Source: Antedon mediterranea (taxonomy: Eukaryota; Animalia; Echinodermata). From it: DNA of 64,000 nucleotides. Location of the stretch: the NCBI RefSeq assembly GCF_964355755.1, contig NC_092676.1, positions 6,363,888 through 6,427,887 on the forward strand, in the 5' to 3' direction. The notes below the pieces were generated by a model, which saw only the letters and a list, made by a program, of their open reading frames with translations, was not told the origin of the DNA and did no database searches. The stretch's first letter is position 1, and the number at the start of each line of letters is the position of its first letter. The position numbers and the translations under genes are program-made. Positions 25,301-38,409 of this stretch are shown here, one piece after another.

Positions 25301-28300
25301 AAACCCTGGTGGATAAAAAAAGAAATTACGTAGTGGAGTACCATCTAGGTCGTGCCCACAGATGGTTATCAATTACACAATAACTTCAAGCGTGGCAATT
25401 TTCAAATGTACGCAATTCTTAGTTTGGTTTGTTGTTGACATGAACAAATAAATAGACACGGTGAATAATGTAGTCAACAACAATAAGCACAATGGGAATT
25501 ACTTCCGAAAGAGAAACTTTGAGTCAAATTTAAACAAACCCAATTTGTTTTTTGTATGTATTAGGGTTGATGGATGGGAAAGTAGACAGGTGCAAAGTGG
25601 GACAATTATTAAATATATTCTTTATTCCTCAGTAACGACATTTATTTGTTTTCATGTTTTATATATAATGTACCACTAAATACAGTAAAACATTTGTGAT
25701 TTAATACTTTGTTGTAACTATCACTGTAATAGTCGAAATTGAAATAGTAAAATAGCATGTAATGAAACACCACTACGTCGTTTACTGCATTGTTTTTGTA
25801 ATTATCAATGAATACAAACATTGAGAAGCAACGTCAATAATAAAGTTTATTTGTATATGTGTTTATGTATCTAACTGTACCCACATTCACAGTAAGAAAT
25901 GTTTACCGCTTCAACCAAAAGGTTTTAAGTTTATCACTAAAGGCCCATTCACACTGGGACGATAACAATCGGCGATAAATAGATAAACATGCCTTTTTCT
26001 TACACAAAACAAAAGAATTTAGAAAGGTTTTCATTCTAGAATTATAGAATACTCATTTATGCTGTCTTTGATAAAACTAATATTTTTTAAAATCCAATCA
26101 AATGACGTCATGATCAATAAATCCAACAAAATCGTTGTATTGTCACTATATTATTGCTCTTACTAATAATCATGACGTTATTTGATTGGACATGTGAAAA
26201 AATAATTTTTATCAAATTAAGCATAGAAGGTTCCTAAATAGTTCTAGAATAAAAACTTTTTAGATTTCTTTTGTTTTATGTATGAACAATGCATATTTGT
26301 TTATTATCGTCGATCTTTATCGTCCTAGTGTAAATGGGCCTTTAGGATCAATAAATTTACCTACTTGTGTTATACCAAATAATTATTGTGACTGCTGAGA
26401 GACTGAGAGATTGGAATGTTCCATTCATCGCTAAGCAATGTATAAACGTATCTTAAATCTTTTAAAATAGTATTTTTTAAATAATATTGGTTTGTCTTCA
26501 ATATTATGATGCTGTTCTCAAGCTGTTTAAGCAATTATCGTATAAAGAGATAAGTAAATGCGAAGCATCCTTGTATTATTGTGTGCGGGTTTTTTTCTGC
26601 ATTGACATCCATTAAACAGTGTATACCACAATCCGAAAATACTTCTAATTGGAGCAAATCGTCGAAGCTAAATTCATTTTAATTGTCAATAAGTAATTAT
26701 CTAACTCAACTTAATTAGTAAAGGGTTACATTAGGTGGTTAAAATCAGTACCGAAAGTACGAACCAACTTTATATAACTTCTAATAAAAATTAAAAGAAG
26801 TAACGCGCGATTTACCGAATTTTACACTTACGTATAGACTAGATGGTACGCTCGCTTCGCTCGCGTACCATCTAGTTCGTGCCCACAGATGGTTCTCGAA
26901 TACATAGTAATTTCAGCGTAAAAAAACTGGCGATTTCAAATGTACGTACGGCAGGACTATAAAACATTGTCGTTTACAGAAACAACTGAAAAGACACAAT
27001 GATTTATGTAGTCAACCAAAATGAGCACCTAGAAACTTATCACAAAATGAGTCGAAATTTGTTATTTGAACTCATTTAAACAAACCCAATTTTGTTAAAT
27101 TATTCTTTATATTTCTTTATTATCCAATAAGCAACGAAATATTTTTTTTATAGGCCTATAAATAATATACCACTAAATAGAGTAAAACATTTCCGATTTA
27201 ATAATTTATTAAAACTGTCACTGTCTCATGGTCGATTGAAATAGTAAAGTACATTTAAAGACCACTAATACGTTTATATTTTTGTAATTATTAATTAATA
27301 CAAACGTTGAGAAACAACTGACAGTAATAAAGTATTATATTATTATGTGTTTATAATCTAAAAGTAGGAGCTACCCACACTCACAGTGATAACGTTTATT
27401 AGTATATTTGTTTATATTATATCTAACAGTACCAACACACTTTTGATTCAAATGGCGATCAAAAGTGGTTAACACCTATTTGCAGTATTGTATAGCATTA
27501 CAATACTATTTCTGTTTATTCTCCAAGTGTCTATAAATTTACCTACTTGTGTTAAACCATGGAGGTATGCAATAATTTGGAATGTTCCATTCATTGCAAA
27601 TCAATACATTTCTATAAACGTATATTAAATCTATCAAAATAGTATTTTTTAAAGAAAATCGGCCTGTCTTCAACATTATGATGCTGTACTCGAGCTGTTC
27701 AACCGGTTTTCAGTCATTAGAAATAGTTATCGTAGGAGGAGATAGGAAAATGCGAAGCATCCTCGTATTATTGTATGCGGTTATTTTTCACGATGGACAT
27801 GTATTAGACAGTGTATACCACGATCGGAAAACATCCCTATTTGGGGTAAATCGTTGAACCTAAATTCGTTTTAATTGTCAATAACTAATTATCTGACTCA
27901 ATTTAATTAGTAAAAAGGGTTACATCTGGTGGTTAAAATCAGTACCGAAAGTACGAACCAACTTTATATACCATCGAGTAAACATTTTAGAAGTAAGGCG
28001 CGATTTACCGAATTTTGCCCTTACGTAAATTTATATATAGATTAAACCTGTGACCATTTGTAACTTATGATTTCCAAAATATGATTTACCTGAGTACCTA
28101 CCTAAATTATAATTAACAGATTTGATTACAATAATTATCAGGTTCTTGTTGTTGTCGATGTGTGTAAAAGAAAATAGTATTTAAAATATTTAATTCTGAG
28201 AAAGTGTTTACGTTTTTATATGTTTTTCAATACCATTCGGAAGTGATTGTAGTCCACCGCAGTCCAGATATCTAAATAAAGATAAGGTTGTATTAAGTGC

Positions 28301-31300
28301 ATGTAAGTTCATTGACATAATGGAAAATAATGATACTAATAGTTTTGGATAATGAACGATGCAGTTATGAAATAATGATAGTTTGTTTTTTTAATTTTTC
28401 CTATCAACATACATTGTTCCATTTTCTGTCATATGTGACAAAGCATTTTCCCCAATCGTCTCTAATTTATTGTCAAATAGATATCTGAAAAAAAAAACTT
28501 TTATTAGTTTAAAATATATTTGTTTTGGTTAGGTCTTTAATTAATTAAAACGTGTATAACACAGATCGAAAATGTATTATTTTACTTATTTAAAAAAAGT
28601 AACACATCTCACATGTATTTCAGCGTTTTACCCTTGGTTTTTAATATTTGATACGTAATGTTAGTAATTCCATTCCCTTAAAGAAAGCTGGAAAAAAAAG
28701 AAAAAACATTATAAAAAGGACGATAACCAAAATGAATAACTTTATCATTTAAGTTCAATGACGTCATCATCATCGACATCGTCATCAGCATCGTCTGATA
28801 TGTACAGTAGTCCTAACAATTAAAACACTTTTTTGCTCGTTTTACTTCAAAATAGCATTTATTATTATTAAAATGTTCCACTGGTGACATTTCAAGGTAT
28901 CTAGTTCGCTTTAAAACATATACATACTGCATGCAGTATATAACACTTTCTGTTAATCTATAAAAAAAAAACACGGATATCTTTTTATTATTAATTGTAT
29001 TTAACGTGCACTATTATGTACACGGGACCAATATTGTAATTAACTTACAGAAACTGAAGATTAGTTCCACTAAATGCCCTTTCTTGTATAGAGGTAATAC
29101 TGTTTCCCATAAGCATTCTGAAAAATATTATTATAGATTAAGTATTGTTTAGATGGATTTGAAGACTAAAACATGATTTTTTAAATGAAACTTTAAAGGA
29201 ACTATAACTTCTTTAGATTATGGTTCATGAGCAATATATGTAGGCCTACACATTTTAAACCAATATCTGAGAAGACGTTTTTCACCACCAGTATGTTGGT
29301 GAGGGAGAGTCTTCAACATGTGCTGCCGACATTATATTATACTTACAGCTTCTCAAGTGATGCCATATTAGAAAAGATATTTTTGGAAATGTGCTGAATA
29401 TTATTTTTGTGTAATTGTATGTTCTTAACTGGAGGTATCCGGCCGTCTTCTAAAGATGTCAGATTGTTCCAGCTTAAGTCTCTAAAAGATACACAGTCGA
29501 AAGTATAGGCATCTGTACTAAATAATGTATTACCGATTGTTTGACTGAAAAAACAATACTGTATGTGATATCATACATTAGGTTATTGGACTTAAATGCA
29601 GAGAAAAAAGGAAAACAATTACCGGTACATTACAAATAATATTAAACTGGCGGTGGTTTTTTTTTCAACCTTTCAATATAAAACTATCGGTATGATTGAT
29701 TGAAATCCGCACAGAGTACTTTTATCAGAACTGCAAAATGATTCCTAATTTATATTACTTTAATTAAGATACTTATTCTTGACCTATAAGTAATGCATTT
29801 GTAAAAATTATGGAAGAGGAACGTAAAATTACGAAGAGGGCGTGAAATAGTTAATCACTGACTTTTTTGTTTAGTTGATGAATTCTGTTGAAGCAATTGC
29901 TTTCAATGCTATAATGTACTAAATACTAATGTTAAATTATAGTAAACTCTTTCTTTCTTTAAAATGTTAGGTGATATATTGGAAATAAATTAACTTAACG
30001 GATATTATCTGTGACAATGACATTCACCCAGATTTGTTCATCTTAGTCGTTTTAAAATGAGTTAATTTACCGAATGGTTCCTAAATGTATATCAGGTAAA
30101 TAATAAAGGTCATTTTAAATACGGTACTATAATTATTTTATGTACCAAATAAATAATGTGTACGTACAGTACAAGTAACTATGCTGTAGGCCACAAGATC
30201 AAACGTACGAGATACCAGGTTTGTAATTTTGAATTTAGTTTACAGCAATGTTCCACATTGAATACTATTTAATATTGTATTGCATGTACTACCACCAGTC
30301 AAGATTATAAGTTACCAACAAAGGAGTAAGAACATAAACACTCACAGTATAAAATCTATTCGTAAGTTAACAATGTTTGGTAGTTCCGTAAGTTTGTTGT
30401 TCGAAAGCCGTCTACATAAAGTATTGATTAAAGAGATAGAAGAATCATTTAATGTACTGTAATAATGAATGTTCATTCATCTACGATATTATAATCAGTA
30501 TAATGAATAAATATTATTATTAAAGATTATAATGATATCTAAAATAAATGTTGGTTTAGAGGTGTATACTAAATATGCGTTACTGTACATAAATCTTCTT
30601 CTTTTCTTTTGCATTACCGTTTATATACTTAAAAAAAAAATGTTTGTAGCATTGGATTACGCATGCACCAAACTCACAGTATACGGATATGGTCCACATC
30701 AACGAAGGCATCCTTATCTATAAATCGAATTTTGTTTGCTTTGAGTGAGCTAGAAAAAAATACATAAATAATTTGAAAGACTACTTTTCATGGAATAACC
30801 TACGTTATTTGTGAAACATTTTCTCAATCATCTTTTCAAAGAACTATCGATAGTAAATTAGGCCTAAATTGATTACATTTTTCTTTTACATTTTGAATTA
30901 AAAGATCAATATTAACCAATCTGACAAAAGCTAATTCATATTCAACGATGGTTAGCTTAGCAGTGAGGAAATACTTACATCTCCAAAAAATATTTGCCTT
31001 GAAAAGCTTTTGCTGGTATGCTCTGCAGACTGTTTCCTGCTAAAAATCTAGGAAAACATTATTACAAAACTGTCGAATTATCATAAACACATTTGAAGGG
31101 AAACTGCATGCAAAACTTTGAAAAACCATGGACAGTGACTCATGTTTCTTAGTAAAGTATAATTTTGCAAAAACGTTATAAATATGCCCATAACTCAATT
31201 GCCTTTATATATTTACTCCTTTTTTACCATACGAACCATTTTACAACGATAAAATGACTAAAATTTAAATTAAATTAAATGCAAACACAAATATGTAATA

Positions 31301-34300
31301 AATTAATCATGGTAGAGAAGCAAATAAAATGTTTTTAAATTGTTTTAAAAAATATGTAACTATAGTCTATTACACAAATGCGGACCTGCAACAGTGATAA
31401 ATAATTGACCTTTCTGAGTCTAACAAAACAAACATAAATATATATATATATATATAAACACATCAGGCAATGAACATTAATTCTAAACCACCCGGCCGGT
31501 GATATACTGAAATTTAATTAATTAATTTGAAACGATAAAGATGAGGAAATCTGTGAGAATGAGAAAAAGTCACCCCAACCGAGACTCGAACTCGGACCGC
31601 CTGCTTGATATGCAGATGTCCTAACCATTAGACCACTGGGACTTTCATGGTATTGTTCAAACTCGATTGGATAGCGACTCTTTAACATTCTCGGCGTGGT
31701 ACGGTGGAACAGCACTAGTCCTCAGTTGTACGCACGCGCACCAGAGATCAAATTGATACGCCCTCATCTTTCAGTTATATATATATATAAGTTGTAATCA
31801 TGGGTTGTATTAGGAAAATTTATGAACATCAAGTATATATCCAGAGAGTTGGTTGTGATAATAATTAAACAAAAATATTCCTATTTGGACCTTGTTTAGA
31901 GCATGTACTTTTAATATTTTATGTTGTTTAAAGAATGAATCAGATGGGGCTCGGAATGGAAATTCTATTCTATACTTATTTAAGTAGTTGTAGAGTAGTT
32001 AAGACATCACATAGTATTGACAGAGAATCAGGTACCTACAGCAGACGCATGAAAGAGGCAATTTGGATACGAAGAAGGCAAAACAACATCAACCGAGACG
32101 AAGGCGCACACCAACGGAGTCACATATTATATTACTCTGTAATTAGACAGACCTGGCACTAATCGGTCTGTCTAATTACAGGTAGTCATTCTTCTAAATA
32201 AGTTGTTCGTGAAAGGAACAACGAACACGTCAAGAAAAGAAAAGAAAGGAATCTACAATCTAATCTCTCGTAATTGGTTTGATAAAATGAATTGCTTACA
32301 CTATGTTGATAATAATATAATCTTGAGTACATTCAGTTTTCTATGATTTTAGAAAATACTGACTGAAAGCAAAGAAATCGGTCTAAAATTAGCGAGTTGG
32401 TTGGTCTCCCTTATTGAAAATTGGGATAACTTTGGCTATTTTAATAAGAGTTGAAATTATACCAGATAAAAAAAGAAGCATTAATAGCATGCATAAGATG
32501 TTTATTAAACATTAGAGAAATTAACTTTTTAGTAAATGTGATGTAACGGAACAATGGCCACTACCCTTCTTAGAATCTACATTTAAAATAATTGTGCGGA
32601 GATGGAGCAGACATAATAAAAAAAAGTATCTTTAGAACAGGTAGAAATTGATTTAGAAATGTTCATACCAATTAAAAAAAATATTTGTTGAACAATTCGC
32701 ATATTTCTCGGTAATAACTGCATCATCAAAGCAGTGTGGATTTGTACTGTTTTCCTTCCAGAGTTTATGACTGTATTTATATCGGCGTAGGACATATATG
32801 CTTTCAAATGTTAAGTTTAGATGTATAATATTTCTTTTTTTCTAGTTCGACAAAGCTTGTTAAATATAATTATTATTATATTGATTGTATTCAAGCTTAT
32901 GTTGAGGGCTTTGGGATTGGATATTTTTTTTGTATATTTGATGTTTGCGTTTACTGCATTTTAACAAGCTGGATGACATCCATTGTTGTTTGATTTAACA
33001 TTTCTTTCAATTAGTTTATTTGTTTAAAAACATTTGAAAACTAAAAATGATCACAATCATAGATTTCAGACATATTTCGTTGGTTAGATCAATATAAAAT
33101 GTACTAATATCATTGATTTTTAAAGATTGACTTGCAGTGGGCGTTTGAAGATGAAAATCTTTTCAATAAATAATCTGAAAAATTGTATCTCTCTGCCGAG
33201 AGAGTATCTTTTTTTCCATTTCGACAGTACAAAAATATAATATGCGGATACATAATATACAAATATACCTACATGCTTCCGGTTGTTATGTTTTTGAAAG
33301 TCCCAGTAGATATTTTTTCCAGGTTAGGATTGAATTGAACAAACCTATTAAAAAATATATAAGATATAATTGTTATTTACATTAACGAATAGTTCGCACC
33401 ACACCACCCCCCTCTCCCCCCGACATGTTTTTTAAATTAAATTACAGTAAAAGAAAACGAATAATTAATGTATGTTACTTACACTCCAACAGCATAATCT
33501 GTAGCCAATGCAAATGCATTTTCACAGAGCACTTGAATTCCGTTGTCATACTGAATCCGCCTAAAAAAATGATAGTTAAACACAACACAAATAAGTTAAG
33601 CTTTCCCAGTTTCTTCAGATACATATTTAACAATACATAATATTTATTTCTACTGATACTGTACAAGCAATGATAAATACTACTAAAGCTTAATATTAAA
33701 GGTCCAGTGTGTTGTCACAGGAGCCAGTAAATCAAATGGTCGGTAAGGATGTGACATCCGTTGGATAAATTGTGGAATTTGGGGGCAAAATAATTCCCCA
33801 TAATTATAACGGCCAAATGAGCGAATGACATGAGTAACATATGAACAGTGCCTGTGTTGAAGTTAGGTGTTGGATGATGACGGGGGATGGCTGTTGTTTG
33901 ATAAATAGAGTTCTTCTCAAGCCATCCAAGTGCAATGTGATGCGTATTTCCTTCCTCAAGTCCGACTGTCCTCCTCCCAGATTCAATCTAAATGGCCATG
34001 GTCTTAACAGTGGGCAAGTCACTTAATTATCATTAAACATATAATATCCAGCAAATTCTCGAGTACGATGATATTGACTGTGTACTTTTCGTGTGGCAAC
34101 ACTCGCGTTTGGCGATAAATAAACAAAAGTCATCTACTGGGACTTGAACTCACGATGAAATTGTCACTCCATCACAAGACAACGCTTAATTCGCTGCACC
34201 ACGGAACTTGCTTGAAATTAATAAAATAAATTATTTCAACAAACTTACAAGAATTCTAACGGCACATTTACAAAAGTGAAAGGTTCAATGCCATGTATAT

Positions 34301-37300
34301 GGTTTTCCGATATGTATCTGGAAAAAAAAACCAGTAATATTATTATATAAGTAGTAGTGGTGGTGTTGATAGTAGTGGCATTGGTATTAAAAAAAACAAA
34401 ACAAAAACACAATTACAATGATATAATGTCACAACACTCTCCATCTAGCATTCAGTGCCTGAATGGCAGCTGGATAAAAGCTGTTGTGAAACCTATTAGT
34501 ACGAGAAGTGATGGACCGGTATCGTCTACCGCTACGTAACATCTCAAATACATTATGCATGGGATGGCTTGAATCTAGCAATATACAATGCGTTTTCTTA
34601 ATTAAACTCTTCCCGAAAATTAATTTAATAGTGCTTTGTTATATTCCAATAAGACGTGAGGCATACTTAATAACACGTTGTAGATCAGACTTATCTTTAT
34701 TTGTGGCCCTGGTGAAACACAATATAATACTAAAGGTGAGTCAACTTTCAATAAGGGACTTACAGAAAAGTTTCATAATGAAAGGGTCCACTCCGAAGGA
34801 GTTAAGTCTACGTAAAAAGTAAAGACGTTGTTGGGCCTTTTTAGTACACTTGGTAATATGGTTGTGCCATTTTAGATCTCTAGTGATCACCACACCAAGA
34901 GACTTAAAATTATCTACAATTTCAACTTGAGAGTTATTTATATATTAGTGGTAGTAGTGATAATTATAGTGGTAGTGATAGTGGTGATGGTACACTCTAA
35001 AAACAGTGTTTAGAGTTTAAACAAACAAACTCCACACGATGTTTGTTCCCTCTTTTTTGACGCGATCCATGTGCGATGTGATGCGTTTTTCCGACTGTCC
35101 TCCTCCCAGATTCAATCTAAATGGCCATGGTCTTAACAGTGGGAAAGCCACTTAATTATCATTAAACATATCAAATCCCGCAAATTCTCGAATACGGTGA
35201 TATTGACTGTGTAATTTCCGTGTGGCAACACTCGAGTTTGGCGATAAATAAACAAAATTCATCTACTGGAACTTGAACTCGCGATGACATTTTCACTTCA
35301 TCTCAAGACAACGCTTCATCCGCTGCGCCACGGAACTTGCTTGAAATTAATCAACTAAACTATTTAAACTATGCATACATAGCGCCCTCATTTGTTATTA
35401 GTCCTCCCTAGATGTGATTGAAGACCGTTTATGATTGGTTAACACAAGAATCTCCTGTTCGTCCGAAGCGTGTAACATTTTCGAAATGTATTTTAGGATA
35501 TAATAGAACTACTGGATGACGCCATTGTGAGCCATGGAGTAGTGCGCCCTCATCAAATTAGAAAGTCAAAATCTTAGCTATACTGTGTGAAAGGATAATT
35601 GAAATGACAAGACATAAAAAAGCTCTAAAAAAACAGGAATGATAATCTAAATTTACAATTTTCTTTTATGCTAAGGATACAAATATGTAGTTTGCGGATT
35701 TTATACCATATTTTGTTCCAATATTTTCTTTAAATTTTTTTAAATTAATATTTTAATTGTTATTATGCACTTTATTAGACCTATATTTGATTGAATTAAG
35801 TGTTTTCAAATAAAAAAAGTAGGCCTACTTCCGAAGGAGAAACTTAAATTCTACGACGTTTATATTTTTTATAATTATTAATTAATACAAATGTTGAGAA
35901 GCAACAGTCAGTAATAACGTTTTTATTTGTATATTATGTGTTTATATTTCCAGCAGTAGAGCCTACCCACAGTCACAGTAATACATGTTTTTTTTGTATA
36001 TGTGTTTATATATCTAACAGTAACCACATTCACAGTAATAAAATTTCAATTCAAATGGCGACCAAAAAATGGTTAATACATATTTACAACATTGTCAAAG
36101 TATTGCAATACTATATTTCAGTTTAAAGTTTATTCTCCAAGGACCCATACATGTACCTACTTGTGTTAAACCAAAGGGCTCATAAATTTACCTACAAACT
36201 GGGAGTCTGAGAGATTGGAATGTTTTGCGAAAACAGAGACCCCCTATATAACATAATATTGAGACGTTTTAGTGGGGGTCTCTGTTTTCGAGATATCGAA
36301 AACAGAGACCCCCTATATAACGTAATATTGAGACGTTTTAGTGGGGGTCTTTGTTTTTGAGAACTCGAAAACAGAGACCCCCTATATAACGTAATATTGA
36401 GACGTTTTAGTGGGGGTCTCTGTTTTCGAGATTTTCTCGACTCGAAAACAGAGACCCTGGGTCTCGGGTCTCTGGTCTCTGTTTTCGAGACACCCCATAA
36501 ATGTACATACTTGTGTTAAACCATGGAGGGCTCATAAATTTACCTACAAACTGGGAGTCTGAGAGATTGGAATGTACCATTCATCGCAAATAAATACATT
36601 TGTATAAACGTATATTAAATCTATCAAAATAGTATTTTTTTAAGAAAATCGGCCTGTCTTCAACATTATGATACTGTACTCGAGCTGTTCAACCAAGCTG
36701 TTTCAGCTATTAAAAACAATTATCGTAGAGTAGATAGAAAAATGCGAAACATCCTCGTATTATTGTGTGCAGGTATTTTTTAAGAGGACATCAATTAGAC
36801 AGTGTATACTACGGTCGGAAAACACCCCTATTTTACCTTGGGGCAAATCGTTCAACCTAAATTCATTTTAATTGTCAATAACTAATTATCTGACTCAATT
36901 TAATTAGTAAACAGGGTTACATCAGGTGGTTAAAATCAGTACCGAAAGTACGAACCAACTTTATATACCATCGAGTAAACATTCTAGAAGTAACGCGCGA
37001 TTTACCGAATGTTGCCCTTACGTAAATTTATATATAGATTCGGCCTACCTGATAATAATATTATTATTTTTATTAATGTAGGCTTATTGGTGGAAATTCT
37101 TCTGTTAATATTTAAACGCCCTAGGCTAGTGAATTTTGTATTGCCAAGGAACCATTAATTAGTTATTATCTGTATATTATTCTTCGCAAGGTAAGGTGTC
37201 TAGGCAGACTTGTTTACATACAATACAAAAAGGAGGCCTAGCCTAGCTACCTGACCCAGCAGATATTCTACTTGTTGTTGGCTATGTAATATAACATATT

Positions 37301-38121
37301 TCGCCTTTTATATTGGTAAAATATAAGATTTTACATCCCTCGTGAATGATATTATGTTCTCGAGGAATTATATATTAGCCTCAGATGGCGCTTCAGGAAA
37401 TATATATTCCCTCGGGGATGTCAAATCTTATATTTACCCTCTAAGCAGTCAATATCTGTATAATAATTATATGATACATTTACATATTTTAAAAATAATA
37501 TTTATTAATTGTAGATTGTTCTGACACTTTCAGGAATCGTTGATGATTCAGAGTTCTTTGTCTTTGTGACTTCAAATTGAGAGTGAGGTGGATAAAAATA
37601 TGACACCGGTACCTACTGACATTACTTTTCACCCAAACTATACTTTAATAATTTAAAAAAAAATGTTGAATTACAAATATATGTATATTATGTTGCAGAG
37701 GATTCATATATGCGAATTACAATACAAACCTACTACACTATATACTCTGTAAAGTATGTTATTGTCATGTGGTAGACCTTAAAAATTGAATATTTATTTT
37801 TAGGCCTATTATATTTACTGTGTACTGTATTCATTATTATACAGTAGGTTGTACATATGTTTTTACCAAAAAAATTAATAAGTAATTTGTTATTCAAATT
37901 AATTGCTTGTTTGTTCATCAATAACAAAAAATTGTAAGGAAGTATATTACAACAGTTCTTGTTAGCCGCTTATTTCAGGTCATATTATTAATATTTGCTA
38001 CGATTGACGCGTCGGAACACGATGTCACTAATTGATTTTCTACCCCTGGAACAATCGTTCGCTAAATAGGGCTAGGCCTCGGACTCGTATACAAATTATT
38101 ATAATAGTTATGATAAATATT

Positions 38122-38184
<63 letters not shown>

Positions 38185-38234
38185 ATAATAATAATAATAA
38201 TACTATATAGTAGTAGTAGTAGTAGTAGTAGGTC

Positions 38235-38266
<32 letters not shown>

Positions 38267-38376
38267 GTAGTAGTAGTAGTACGAACAATCGCTCGCTAAA
38301 TAGGGCTAGGCCTCGGACTCGTATACAAGTTATTATAATAGTTAAGATAAATATTCTACTACTACTACTCTACTAC

Positions 38377-38409
<33 letters not shown>

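Noticed and set aside
31571-31642. Functional tRNA gene
   Set aside because: Imperfect acceptor and anticodon arms, and its flank is shared with a second dispersed copy; better explained as a tRNA-derived repeat.
36221-36497. CRISPR-like palindromic repeats with spacers (also the arrays at 62035-62780)
   Set aside because: The 'spacers' are identical, there are no cas genes and the context is eukaryotic; these are simple tandem units.
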